From assembly GCF_006345805.1 (NCBI RefSeq), contig NC_043011.1, positions 43,474,464 to 43,538,463 on the forward strand: a stretch of DNA of 64,000 nt, written 5' to 3'. A model generated the notes under the pieces. The model saw only the letters and a list, made by a program, of their open reading frames with translations, was not told the origin of the DNA and ran no database searches. A program made the position numbers and the translations under genes. Within the stretch, counting starts at the first letter, position 1. Every line of letters begins with the position of its first letter. Positions 41,875 through 56,089 of the stretch are shown in pieces. Source of the stretch: Octopus sinensis (lineage: Eukaryota).

Positions 41875-42040
41875 AGGCGTAGGAGTGGCTGTGTGGTAAG
41901 TAGCTTGCTTACAAACCACATGGTTCCGGGTTCAGTCCCACTGCGTGGCACCTTGGGCAAGTGTCTTCTGCTATAGCCACGGGCCGACTAAAACCTTGTG
42001 AGTGGATTTGGTAGACGGAAACTGAAAGAAGCCCGTCGTA

Positions 42041-42105
<65 letters not shown>

Positions 42106-42329
42106 ATATGTTTGTGTGTCTATGTTTGTCCCCGCCCCCAACATCGCTTGACAACCGATGCTGGTGTGTTTACGTCCCCGTAACTTAGCGGTTCGGTAAA
42201 AGAGACCGATAGAATAAGTACTAGGCTTACAAAGATTTGGGGTCGATTTGCTCGACTAAAGGCGATGCTCCAGCATGGCTACAATCACATAACTGAAACA
42301 AGTAAAAGAGTAAAAGAGAGAGTAAAGAG
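41875..42329 (+). mobile_element. SINE family B
   Basis: Full-length copy. Confidence 0.85.
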
Positions 42330-42469
42330 TCTAAAAACAAAAAACTTCGAAGTCTCAGTCAGCTTTCCTTCGTAAAATGACAAAATATTCTTTATACACC
42401 TACTAAAAATTTTTTGCATTCCTGTTTGAATCATTTATGTACAATTACAATAGTTTCAAACGTTCACAC

Positions 42470-42635
42470 AAGGTCAGCAAGTTAGGGGGAGGGGTAAGTC
42501 AATTATATCGACCCCTTTGGTCTAGTGGAGCTAATTTTAGCGACAGCAAAAAGATGAAAGGCAAAGTCGACCTCGGCGGAATTTAAACTTCGACCGTAAA
42601 GACGGACAAAATATTGCTAAGCATTTTGTCCGCCT
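42470..42635 (-). mobile_element. SINE family C, diverged
   Basis: gatgaaaggcaaagtcgacctcggcggaattt is the reverse complement of the family C core. Confidence 0.7.
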
Positions 42636-42755
42636 TATGTATGATTATAATAACAAGCACACCTTAATAGTGGATCGCATGTGTGTTTGTGCTTTTCGAA
42701 CGAACTATAATTCTTTACTCCCTAATTATTTCTCATTTTATTTCCTCTTTTACAG

Positions 42756-45700
42756 GTCACAGAAGAAGTATACATGGCCCTTAAAGATGTTTATGACTTC
42801 AAATGTCGCGGTCGGATAACAGTCAAAGGTAAAGGTGACATGGTTACCTATTTCGTGATGGGACTTAAAGGATCTGCTTCGAAGTATAGTCCCTGTAGCA
42901 CTGCAGAAAGCTTATCCAAATCTAGATCCCCGTCAAGAGATTTCAAGGAGAACGCGCCACTTGTACCACAAAGTCTCAGTGTTAGCAAAGACCTCGACCG
43001 ACAAGGGTCTCAAAAATCACAAGGAAAATCTCAATCCGTTTACGGTTCAATTAATATTGAACGAAAACCAAGCTTAGATTCTCTAAGGGGTCCGAACGGT
43101 ACTCCTACGAGCAGCCTGAATAAGAAAAGAAAAAATAGCACTGAGAGTCCAAGAGATTCGTCCGTTCGTAATCCATTGCGGAAACTGAGTAGTTCGTCTT
43201 TGACGAGTTGTATAACCGCTGATGTGTCTTACGGTTGCGTCGATTCTCCTGAACTACCAACAGTGCATTATATGAACGTTAAGATGCAGAACAACGGCAA
43301 TGCAAATATAGACAATGTTCATAGTCCAACAATTCAAAACGAAATGTTTGACCAACTTAAATCTAATACAGAACCAGAACTGGTCGAACGATCAGTGCAG
43401 CATCGAAGCTGTCCGCGACAAAATTTGTCTCCTGAAAGTGCAAAGAGCAGCACCAGTAAATCAGCGCCGCCACATCCAAGAGACAAAGTGTCAAAGATAC
43501 CATCTCCCTCCAGATCCTCTAATATGCCACAAGCAACATCATTGCCTGCTGTAACAGGATCGTCAGCCATTCGGAAATGTCTTCGTACGTCGACATCACC
43601 AACTCAGACGGAAGACTATTACGAAACAGGACCAATATTAGAGGAAATACCAGAAAGCGAAATTTTGGCAATGAATTGTATGTTAAAGGAACTGGGAGAG
43701 GTCGTAGATGAGACACAGAACGGTAGAGACAATAAAAGAAAGCAATCTCAACGTTCATTAGCGAAAAATAATAAACAATCTGGCGGTCACCTCCAAAGTC
43801 CTCAAAGTCCTGAATATGACAAAAATACAAGGAAACAACAGATCCCATCTGGCGCCAAATCCCCTCCAGCAAGACTGGATAAAAACACAGTGACTCCGCA
43901 GCCGATGTCATTGGATTCCATACCGTTGATACAAAAACCGAAACCACTGATATGTGATAGTCGTCGAACATCCTCAACAAGATCCAAATTAGCACCTTCT
44001 AATTTACCTAAAGCTTCGTCCATTCTTGCGAGTATTGACGGTAAAAATATGTCTATATTACCGGCTGCAGTTGTAAAAGTAGATAACGAAGAAAACCAAA
44101 AGATTAGCCTAATGCGTTCCCCGTCAGAGAAGACACGGGGGAAACCAGAATCCAATGGTCCTTCAGATAAAAGAAGAAAGTCTGATGGTACCATTCCGAG
44201 TTTGAACACTGCTGATAGCAATGTAAAAAAGATTCCGTCTGTAGGAGTTTGTAACCCAGTGGTTGTTCAGTCCCAGACAGAACCATGTTTTCTAAATACA
44301 ACTTCAGACGATGAATTAGAATCTGTCTCTTCCAACCAGTCTTCAGTTGTACTACTGAAACCAATAGAACTGAAGGTCAAATCTGGTATTAGACAACCAT
44401 TTACACGACAGGTTTCGTGCCCTGAAACTCCCCCTACGTCTGTAAGGAATGCAAGGGTAGATAACTCCGTCTGTCATTCTAAATCAAGTGATACACTCAG
44501 TAGCTGCCCTTATTCTTCACCATCGACACCAAAGTTCCCTATCCGCTTACACAGTGACAATACTCAACTGAATCGCTTGTTGCACGACCTCGAGCGAGAT
44601 GTTAATGATGATGATGACGGTGATGATGACGATGAAGAACATCACACTGAAAATCCAGTCAAAAAAGAACCAGTTCCATCTGAAGATTTAAAGCAACGCA
44701 AATTAAGAGCTCCTACAGGAATACCGAAGCTGTGTGTTACTCCGACTGTTGCAAAAGTCACTTCTCCATTGAAGCCAGCCACTGCTGTTGTGGCCCCAAT
44801 AGGACAGAAATCCTCTTACAACAGGAGCAACATATCTAGTAAACCCCCTGTAGGAGTAACTAACATGAGAATGCCGGGACCGGCAAATGATCGGAACAAG
44901 GCTTGTGTAAACGGTAGGAGCGGAAACTTTGGTGCAAAGCCGAGAGTACTGCTAGAACCAGTAAAGCATTCACGGTTGCCGACTGCTGTGGTCAGTAATA
45001 TAAAGAAAAAACGTCGGGAGAACTCTGTGGAAGAAAGTGATGAGGAACGAGTGGGTGTTTCTGTTAATCCTCAGAAGACCAAAACATCTTTCGCATGGCA
45101 ACCCAGGCACCGTTCACCTCCCACAGTGAGCTCAAACGCTAAACAACGCCCTTCTGGTGGGGCTGATACAGCTGGAGCAGGTGCTAGCGGTTCTGCTAAT
45201 GGTGCTGGTGGTGGAGGGGCAATTTCTCGTGTCGGTGCTGAAACAAGCACTGGTGTCACTAACAATAACAACAATAACAACAATAATATTAATCATTGCA
45301 GCAATACCAACAATACCAACAACAACAATAGCCTCCAGCAACGGATCGCGGTGAACCCGTTTCAAGTGAAACGAAGGCCCATATTCAGTATGCCTCCACG
45401 ATATTGCCGTAGCTTAGATTACATCCCCAGCGACAAGGAAGATCACGTGTCGTCTAACGCTTCCTCTGCGACCGGAAGTCCTCATATAAAACACACTTAT
45501 TTAATACCATATTTCGGTGGTGGTCGCAAACCCATGGCCATCGACAATATCAGCATATCGTCGTTTGCAAGCAGCAGTGAGATGTCGAAAAGTGACCCGA
45601 CTCTTAATTTCGACTCCGCTTCAACAGCCTATGAGTCTGAATACGACAACTACCGACCCGGTCTGGTCAGCGATGAGGAGTTCTTTGTCTCTGATGCCAT

Positions 45701-45815
45701 GAGTGACGTAGATTTGTTCGATGACATCAATATAGAGAACGTAACAGTCAGTGACAGCTACAGCCTTAACATACCACTTCCGCTTCCGACTCACAAAAAG
45801 ATAACTAACGTTTGA
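42756..45815 (+). CDS. ADCY1: Adenylyl cyclase terminal exon: end of C2a plus ~985-aa C-terminal tail (1019 aa)
   Basis: tttcctcttttacag acceptor, then VTEEVYMALKDVYDFKCRGRITVKGKGDMVTYFV, open to TGA at 45813-45815. The ORF-track Met at 42774 is internal. Confidence 0.95.
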   Translation, partial: VTEEVYMALKDVYDFKCRGRITVKGKGDMVTYFVMGLKGSASKYSPCSTAESLSKSRSPSRDFKENAPLVPQSLSVSKDLDRQGSQKSQGKSQSVYGSINIERKPSLDSLRGPNGTPTSSLNKKRKNSTESPRDSSVRNPLRKLSSSSLTSCITADVSYGCVDSPELPTVHYMNVKMQNNGNANIDNVHSPTIQNEMFDQLKSNTEPELVERSVQHRSCPRQNLSPESAKSSTSKSAPPHPRDKVSKIPSPSRSSNMPQATSLPAVTGSSAIRKCLRTSTSPTQTEDYYETGPILEEIPESEILAMNCMLKELGEVVDETQNGRDNKRKQSQRSLAKNNKQSGGHLQSPQSPEYDKNTRKQQIPSGAKSPPARLDKNTVTPQPMSLDSIPLIQKPKPLICDSRRTSSTRSKLAPSNLPKASSILASIDGKNMSILPAAVVKVDNEENQKISLMRSPSEKTRGKPESNGPSDKRRKSDGTIPSLNTADSNVKKIPSVGVCNPVVVQSQTEPCFLNTTSDDELESVSSNQSSVVLLKPIELKVKSGIRQPFTRQVSCPETPPTSVRNARVDNSVCHSKSSDTLSSCPYSSPSTPKFPIRLHSDNTQLNRLLHDLERDVNDDDDGDDDDEEHHTENPVKKEPVPSEDLKQRKLRAPTGIPKLCVTPTVAKVTSPLKPATAVVAPIGQKSSYNRSNISSKPPVGVTNMRMPGPANDRNKACVNGRSGNFGAKPRVLLEPVKHSRLPTAVVSNIKKKRRENSVEESDEERVGVSVNPQKTKTSFAWQPRHRSPPTVSSNAKQRPSGGADTAGAGASGSANGAGGGGAISRVGAETSTGVTNNNNNNNNNINHCSNTNNTNNNNSLQQRIAVNPFQVKRRPIFSMPPRYCRSLDYIPSDKEDHVSSNASSATGSPHIKHTYLIPYFGGGRKPMAIDNISISSFASSSEMSKSDPTLNFDSASTAYESEYDNYRPGLVSDEEFFVSDAMSDVDLFDDINIENVTVSDSYSLNIPLPLPTHKKITNV

Positions 45816-47014
45816 ATCACCATCATTTTTTAAAAAAATTATTATTTCTGATTTTCTGGAGGGGTGGGCTGATTGGGATAAGGATAGGGTTGGGAGATTC
45901 CTTTCTTACAAAAAAAAAAAAAAAGCACTTTGCTTCTCCCTTTAAATACGCTTTGCTTTTCTATGGTTTTGTTTGTTTTAATAATAAGAAGAAGTGGAGG
46001 AATGGATAAAAGGGATCTAATACCCCCGTGACCAAAATTGACAGATGAACGAGGCTTTGATTATAGAAACAAATGTGACGACAACATGAGAACGTTTTCT
46101 CCATATTTTGATTGGAGCAAGATGGACAACAAAGATTCGTCTGTTCTCACGCATTCAAAGTCGGCGACCGAGAGCTATGATAATTAAAGACTACTAGAAA
46201 TGACAAGATTAGTAACAGTTACAGATATGTGATTTCTAGACAACGATAGAGAGACAGAATAGATTTAAGATCTCAGATAAAGATTGTTGAGTGATCATAA
46301 AATATAGGCAATGTAAAAATTAAGGAAGCACAAGTATTTTACAGGTATTAGAGATATAGTAATGATACTGTAGATACGGGTATGTTATCCCACAGACATG
46401 GAAATAATATAAATTTTTACATGCAGAGAATAAATATTTATTCGCGGAATTATAACCGATGTTAGCGCCAAGTAGAAGTACCTATAATGTCCCAAATGGG
46501 CACTATGTAAGTAATTTTCTAGTAGCCGAGTTTGCTACATCCTCTACTCAATAGATGGAGCAGATAAGTTCGGCGTTTGAGAGGAAGAAAGATACTGGAC
46601 GAGGAGATAAAAGAGGTTGCCACAAGGAAATGGTGAATTGAAAGAGACAGTGGTGTAGAGAGTTATAGAGGGGAAATGGATTAGAGTGGAGATGAGAGGG
46701 TGATGAAAGATTTTCGAGTAAATTATAAAAAGAATAGCTTGAAGATATTTCGCTTTAATCTTTGCTAATAAGTTGAAGAATTCCTTAACTATTTATAAAC
46801 CAACTTTACATTCGTTTAAAGAATTCAAAAAGATTTGCGTACTGCCTGCAGGAATTGAGAAAATGAAATCTATTAAAAACAGAGAAGAAATATTACCAGA
46901 ATTACACACAGATTCATATAAATATGGTCATACGTATAAGTACATACATAGAAATAGGCACAGATGCACACATATGTATCAACTTACATCCATCCATAAG
47001 CATACACACACGTG

Positions 47015-47049
<35 letters not shown>

Positions 47050-47055
47050 CTGTAT

Positions 47056-47102
<47 letters not shown>

Positions 47103-47400
47103 GTATACATACATATATTTTTATATAATATATATATATATATATATGTACGTACACATTTATACACACATTTATATTCATATGCACAAGCACATAAAGA
47201 TACACAGACATACTAATATGTTGGTGGTATATAGGTAGATAAACAGTAGAATCTACCAATTTCACTCCCTCCCTTCCTATCCTGTCTCTATCTATCTCTT
47301 TCCTCCTGCATATATCACATACACACACACATATACGCAGACACCTATATATACATACATATATATATGTATATATACAGACACAAAAATATTCATAAAT

Positions 47401-47444
<44 letters not shown>

Positions 47445-47487
47445 AAAATATTCATAAATATATATATATATATATACAAAAATATTC

Positions 47488-47528
<41 letters not shown>

Positions 47529-48969
47529 TTTTTGGGGCATATCTTCACTGCCGGCAGCTTAGCCAATATTTAGAACTAAGGGTTGTTTTTAGCCATCTTA
47601 AGAGTATATCTCCCTCTATCACTTTGATATTTAGAAGAAACTGTTTTAAATCGATAAAGAGTATAGTTCTAGTTTTATTACAATTATACAAGAAACATAC
47701 GTTGAATAATACAGAAGATAAAACTCATAAAATATTTTTAAGAATATAGGGAAACGAAGGCTGGTGCTAAAACGACTTCTGATGTCACAATCGGCTTTAT
47801 TGCTTTTATCCTCTAAATACATTGCAATAAAGATAATATTTCATCATTTGAAGATATGAAATGACATAGTGATTACGTTATCGAATTATCGATCAGTTAA
47901 TAGGCCAGGAAAATATATTCATGTTGCAACAAAGTCCTGTCCTGTTTTTTTTTTCTTTCTGTTAAAAATAATCTTTTTGTGTTTGTTAAGTTTACTTTAA
48001 GGCTTCTTTGCTTCCAAGCTTGACATTTCAGTTCCAATCCTTGAGAGATTCGGTAATGAGAACCATATCGTTGTCATATACAGTTTCCTACGGCCAGCTG
48101 GACCTAAGCCTTTTCGTTTTTTTCCCTAGACAGGACACTCAAATTGTCTACGCTGTTTCAGTTCACCTAGCCAGAGAAGAGCTTTCATATGATGTGATTT
48201 TTTTCCTGGACATACTAGAACTAGCTCGTATTAAGTAAGAAATTTATATCACACCCGCTTTACGCATGGAGCATATTTCGACAAAAGGATTAACTTGTCG
48301 AAGGATTATAACAATACGGTTAACTTTACTAAAACTAATGTAAAGTCCAAACAATAATGTTTAGTTTTACTTGGTCTTATAAGATTTATGTTTCACAAAT
48401 AGTTTTTAATCCTTTACGTGGATATAATTTCTACACCCAGACGTGTCTTTAAACAACAGAACACCGTAACAACCTCTACTTCTGAAACGCTTCCTTATTT
48501 TATTTTGCATTTTTAAATTGGGAGTCAGCCCAAACTTTAATTGGTATAGCCGCCACATTTAATGGGATTTTTCTCCGGAGAAGAATGTTCGATGATAATA
48601 AAAGGTAGCATGATAAGGAGGAGGGAGGTTGACTTTGGCTGATAGAAGTATGTGTATGTAAGTGTATGTACAAGTGTGTGTGTGTGTGTGGTGTGTGAGT
48701 GTGTGTGTGCGTGTGTGAGTGTGTATGTGTGTGTGTGTGTGTGGTGTGTGTGTGTGGTGTATTTGTAATGGGATATAATGTGTTTAATCAGCTTAAAGCA
48801 ATATATTTTTTATTTATGCAACTGGGAAGTGATTCAAGACAGTGTTGATCTCGGAAGGGGTTAGAGACAAAGTCGTCTCCGGTCTGATATTACTTAAGAA
48901 ATGTGCTGCTGAACACGATACGATAAAGCACTTAGTCCGGCTCTCCGCCACCTACGCCCTCGCAATCCT

Positions 48970-49435
48970 CATGACGACATTAACGATGACGACGACGGCG
49001 GCGATGATGACAATGATGACGATGATGATGATGGTGACGACGACGACGATAGTGATGACGATGATGATGATAATAATAATAATATAATAATAATAATAAG
49101 AGGAGAATTATAAGTATAATAATAACAATAATAATAATCTTTTCAATAATATCAAAACAATGATGACGATGATGATGATGATGGTGAGGAGGATGACAAT
49201 GATGCTGATGATGACGATGATGATGATGACGATGACGATGACGACGATGATGTGCTGGTGATGGTGATAATGATAACGATAAATATAATGATGATGATGA
49301 CGATTACGACGACGACAATGCTGCTGATGATGATGACGACGATGACGATGATAATGATGATGATGATGATGATGATGACGAAGACGACGACGACGACGAT
49401 GATGATGATAATGATGATGATGATGATGATGATAA
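48970..49435. repeat. (GAT/GAC/AAT)n trinucleotide tracts
   Basis: Direct inspection. Confidence 0.9.
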
Positions 49436-51110
49436 TTTTTAACGATGCTAATTCGTAAAAAGACTATCAAAGCGTGATAAATAATACTTTTGCCCACTTG
49501 CACGTGAAACCCTGACTCTTGCGTATTTTTCTCTCCCAAATCATTATTTTAAAAAAAATGATAATAAACTGTTTGAGGAATGAGAAAAGAATGTCACATG
49601 ATTTACAATCGAGTTGCCCACATTGTAACTGTCCGGTCAAGTTGTTTACTGAAAAACTGTATTTTTGTTTTATGGTAAATTTTCGAGTATATGTAAAACG
49701 TTTATATTTTAACAGAGAATATTTTTTCTTTTATTTATATTCCTTCCTGAATTTTTTTTCCTAAATTGGAATCTTCGAATAATGTTCAAATATGAAGAAC
49801 ATGACTGCTTTTACTAATTCGATTCCCAAAATAATCTTTTTCTAATAAATTCAATAAACTGAAATATATTTTCAAAATATGAAGAAGAAAAAAAAAACAA
49901 AAACAAATTGTGTTGGATATTTGGATAGAAAATTATAATTAAAAAAATATAATAAAATAAAATAAGGTGGGTTTGTGTTGAAATAGGCTTGGGATGACAG
50001 CATCATCAAATAAAACTGTGAATAAAAGCAGCTGAGACCAATAACTGCATGAGTTGTAAAGGATGTTGAATAAGCTTCCGGGCTTTTATTGCAAAGGAAC
50101 AAAGAAATTTTGGCGCCGGTGTATTTTCTGTGTATATCGCAGTGCAATGATATTTGCTTAGATCAGAGTTCTAACGACAGATGAAGCCAGATATATGTGC
50201 ACAGTTCATCAAAGAATGTTAGATAAATTTTGGAAGAATAAAAGAGAAATGATAATAATAAGAATAATATTGATCATAAACAATCTTGAGAAATAAAAAC
50301 TGAGAAGATCAAGTATGGAGCTAATGTTTTCTTCGTCACGAGTATTTACCAGATAGCTTGCTTTGTAAACGACGGTGAATAAATATTGGCAAATAGCAGA
50401 ATTACATTATTCTAAACAAGGAAACAAATAAAGATTCTGTGTAATTTCGCAATAGCAAGATGGTGGACTGCAAAAAAGATCGGAATACTTCATGGTGACA
50501 TTTCACTACATGCTACAACTGTTGTCGCTGCAAAACACGATTGTAGAGCGAATTACCACATATTGGAGAGGATTCGGAAATTGATAAAATAAACAAATGA
50601 AAACATAGAAAGCAAGCTATTACCAGAAAAAAAATTATCAATGACAATTTTTAATTTATAACAAAATCAATGTCATCCTAAAAACTTAACGAGAGATAAA
50701 CAAAGAAAATGAAACTAAAAACAGCCAGAAAAAAAAACAAAGAAAGATTAACATTCAATTTCCAAAACTCAATTGTTATCATTATTATTATTATTGTTAT
50801 TGTTATGGTTAATATTATTAAATATCACTGCTGTTATTGTTAGCAATATTCTGTCGTCGGAGACTGGAGTAACTTTTTAAACTGTAATTACTTATTAACT
50901 ATTAACTCCAGCTGGGCCCTCTACGATAATTCGGCAAACAAACCAAAACTGAAATGGGTTCTTACATATTTCCTCTTTTTTTTTTATTTTATATTTTCGA
51001 AATACGGAAGTCATTGCGAGTGAGAGATGCAAACCGTCTCAACCAAATACATGAAAGTTTAAAATGAGTGAAAGTTTCAACGTCTAATCGGAAAGATTGT
51101 CTATAGTTTG

Positions 51111-51155
<45 letters not shown>

Positions 51156-51586
51156 TCAAATGTAAATATAAATACATACATATAGATATGTATATATATA
51201 TGTATGTGTATATATGTGCATATATATATATACATATATACATTTATATATTATATATATATATATAATGTGTATGTATGTATGTATGTATGTATACATG
51301 TATGTATGTATATATGTATGTATGCATGTATGTACATACATTATTTCATTAATTACACACAGACTATTATGATAACATTTATTTCTTTGTTATGAAAACT
51401 ACATGACATTGTTTTTTCTTGTTTTTTTTTTTGTGTTTTGTTTTTGGGGATTTTTTTTTCTCTTTTTGTTCGTTTGTGCTATGATTCGAAACTTTACCAC
51501 TGAATAAAATAAAACTCTCAATAAATATCAGAAACATGAACAAAAGAAGATAATAACTTAACATGATAATAATAATGATAATAATA

Positions 51587-51661
<75 letters not shown>

Positions 51662-52254
51662 TAATAATGATAATAATAATAATAATTGACACCCAAAAAA
51701 AAAAAAAACGAGGAAAAGAAAACATCACCTTCAAAGATATTAGGTATTTTACACTTTCCCCAAGATTTAAGAAATTATTCAAACCTGTCACAAGCATATC
51801 TTTATTTAACACCATACAAATGCATTTGTCTATATTCAAAAGAAGAACACAATAATAACAAAACAGAACGCAACTTAATTTACTATTTACAAGCGATTAC
51901 AGTCGAGGAGATTCAGAAACTGTATAATATTATTTTCTTTTCAATAGACCACACTTGGTGTTTGAAATACTTGGTGGAGTCTAGCTTATATTTCTGTACT
52001 TTTTATCATCTTTTTGTGTTTTGCAATCTTATCTTGTATTATTATTTCTATCTATTTATATCTGTTTGTGATTGTCAAATATGATTTTCATTTGCCGAAG
52101 AAGATTTGTTCTGTTAAAGTAGAGAGAAATATATGGAATATTTGACTGTATAGATACGGGAAAAGAAAAAAGTATGAACATTATTGATTCAAAACAAGAT
52201 CTATAAACATTTCAAACATCAGTCGATTCTGTATGCATGTGTGAGCACATACGT

Positions 52255-52263
52255 GTGTGTGTA

Positions 52264-52322
<59 letters not shown>

Positions 52323-52398
52323 TATGTATGCATGTATATATATGTGTGTGTATATGTATGTAAATCTATATGTACATATATAAACAAATATATAGGTG

Positions 52399-52432
<34 letters not shown>

Positions 52433-52527
52433 CATATATGTATATATATGTATATATATATATATATATATGCACATATACATATGCATATATATATATA
52501 TGCATATATGTATATATATGTATATAT

Positions 52528-52575
<48 letters not shown>

Positions 52576-52628
52576 CTATACATATATATGTGTATATTCA
52601 TATATATATATATGCATATATGTATATA

Positions 52629-52710
<82 letters not shown>

Positions 52711-52900
52711 TATACATATGCATATATATATATATTCTCAGAAAGTTGAACCCCAAAAAGAAATTCTATTTATTTTATATTCATTTCAAGATATTGAACC
52801 ACTTTCTGTTTCAACATTCATTTTGTTGTTATTCTTGTTACCGTTGTTGTTGTTATTATTATCTTTACTATTATGATTATCATCATTATTATTATTATTA

Positions 52901-52934
<34 letters not shown>

Positions 52935-52966
52935 CATTATTATCATTATTATTATTATTATTATTA

Positions 52967-53024
<58 letters not shown>

Positions 53025-53040
53025 CATTATTATTATTATT
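52255..53040. repeat. (TA)n tract followed by (ATT)n tract
   Basis: Direct inspection. Confidence 0.9.
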
Positions 53041-53176
53041 ACCCTTAGAATCTTGCTTGGTATATGCTTCCCAAAATAATATCAATAATTGTTTCCAAAC
53101 CTGAGTGTAAGCTGTGTTTTGAAGGTTGTACACACAATTATATACGCAGATATACGCAAACACAAAATGCATGCAC

Positions 53177-53213
<37 letters not shown>

Positions 53214-53393
53214 TGTATGTGTATATGCATGTATGTAAGCAAGTACATAAGAATGTGTCTACATGTAAGTGGGTATGCAAATGAATGTTTTTGTATCTCT
53301 GTTTGTGTGTATACCCACACACACAAACATGCATATTTATGTCTAGATTGATAGCTAGATAGCCAGGCAGGAGCCAACTAGACAGACAGACAA

Positions 53394-53495
<102 letters not shown>

Positions 53496-53531
53496 GGGTA
53501 GATAGATGGGTAGATAGATAGATAGATAGAT

Positions 53532-53571
<40 letters not shown>

Positions 53572-56089
53572 GATAGATAGATAGATAGATAGATAGACAG
53601 ACAGACAAACAGACAGACAGACAAATAGACATTCGTGTGTTTCACTTTGCAAGGAAGAGGAAAATTATCGTATTTGCCGGCGTATAAGGCGCGACAATTT
53701 TTTTTATTACTATTTTCAAATGTAGCAAAATATTGTCCTCTCTCGAACGCGGCCTTATGACGTGTGAGAGACAGCCTACTGTAGGCTAGGGATCCAGACA
53801 AGTATTACTCCATAAGGCACAATGATTGTTACTTGTAATAAAATATTGAAAATAAGCCAAAATTTCATGGTTTGCAGGAACAAATGTAAGAAAACTTGCT
53901 CCCAGTCCGTTAGCAGTTATGTGGGGAAGCTGTATTTTCTCCTTATACCAACTTGCCTGTCTGTTTGTCTATCGGTTTGTCTATCCATCTAGCTGTCTAT
54001 CAATTTGTAATTTAATCTATCTGTCTATCTGTCTGTCTAGTTGGCTCCTGCCCGGCTATCTGTCTATCAATCTAGACATAAATATACATGTGTGCGCGTG
54101 TGTGTGTGTATGTGTGTGTGTACACATGCACACAGAGCTACAAACACAGTCATTTGCAAGCAAAACAGCAGTAGTATGTCATCCTGGTGGACGATCGCTA
54201 CAAGAAAACAACATAACCAAGATACGAGTTTTACAGTCTTCATAGCAATTCTCTTGACCAAAATATAAACATCTGTACAGTTATTATGAAAGAAGAAATA
54301 ATTGAGACACATACTCATATAACATAGCATATTTTTGATAATTTATGGTTTCATACGTTATTTAAGTTTACTGCAACAACATCGTATTTACATTCACAGA
54401 ATCATACATTTTCCCCTGCAAAACAGCTTTAAAATATATTGCAACGGTGTATTATGAAACATATTAAATTAGTTTTTTCTGCTTTGAAATATACTTGTAA
54501 ATAGGAAAGTGTTCTATTGCGAAAATGCATCTTCTACGCTGGAATATACGGTGCTCAATATTATTCCTTATAGTGAAATGCCTAAAGACAAAAAATGTAA
54601 CTCACGGAAATAATACTTTGAATAATTAAGGACATGCATGCATACATACATAGATACATACACACACACATACACACATGTATGCATACATCTATGTATG
54701 CATGCATACATACATACATATATACATATATATATCGCAGTCCAATGACTGTAAAATTTAAACGATAAAAGATACACACGCACACACACACCAACACTCA
54801 CATACATCAACACACACACATACACGTGTGTGGTGTGTGTGTGTGTGTGTGAGAATGTTGTGCCCATAATTATATATGCAATCATATATATATTTTGGGT
54901 AAAACTGAATACAAAGCCAAAATTTAGTATTTTTGGAAACGTTTTAGATACAAAAGGGAAAACTAATTATCTACGAGGCTATCTACTAGATATTTACAAA
55001 TTAACTAATTAATACAATATATTTTGTGATATATGAATGATGAAATAGTATTCCTAATTTGATCTTACCGACATTTTGTATATTGCAAGCTACAACTATA
55101 TTTCATACGTTTATGGAATTTATGCCTAAAAAGTTCTCAATTGATGCTTTACATAATATTGAACTCACGTTTCAGGAAGGTTTTTATTCAAGTAAAGGTA
55201 TCTGTCGGTGCCATCCGGAAGGTTTTACCACGATTTTCTTCAAACTTCGTACCACAACAAGTCCTATGATTCTTGATTTTACTCGTTTTTCTTTTTGCGT
55301 TTCCATTCTCCTTACACACACCAGTTGCCATGTAATCAGAGTATGACCCTAAAACATTAATTGTGGGGAGATTCTCATACAGTTTGCAAGCTGTTCAAGA
55401 AAGAAATTATTACAATTCTCTCATGGACGAACGACTCGGACTGTCTGCAATTTTGTTTGGGTCGTAAAACGATTAAGGATGAATAGTTTCGAGACGAGTT
55501 TACCAAGGAATCATGCATTAAGCTAATTAAATCTAATGCTCCTTTCCGCCAACATCATGCATCAAGTTCAAATTGCAATTCTAGGTACACACATGCAATA
55601 GTTAAGCAATGCATATACGTTATATACAGTGATCCATTCAGTAAGGGAAAAACTAGGAGTAGGTTATCTCCTCAAGGTATTGCCATAAGCCCTAAAACAA
55701 ATCTAATATACTAAGAGCATAATGCATCATGTCATTGTAAAAAGAGCAAAATGCGTGAGAGAAGGACTTAGAGCTAATTATATTACGTTATTTGGACAGA
55801 ATTATCACTTGACGTGTACTCGAGAGAAAATGCATATTGCTTTATAACAAATATAATTGCAAGTGTTCCATCTATTTGAGGTGTAAAACAGAAGATACCG
55901 CATGTTTTCACTCTCGAAATAATATAAATTGTTACAAAAATCTCATCGAATGCATACTTAACTGCACTAATGATAACTGAAGGCAAAGTAGTATCGTGCA
56001 CACAGCTTTAACATTTGTGCTCCTGTTGAATGTTCTCAGGTCGTATGAAGGTAATAGTTTCGGCAAGGTTTTCTGCACTTTGTATGTTA

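Noticed and set aside
43315-45702. Alternative-frame and antisense ORFs inside the terminal exon
   Set aside because: Short shadow ORFs of a real CDS with no independent support.
47383-47495. Three acaaaaatattcataaata units separated by (TA)n, superficially array-like
   Set aside because: Spacers are microsatellite, so this is a slippage minisatellite; no CRISPR or cas features in this eukaryotic DNA.
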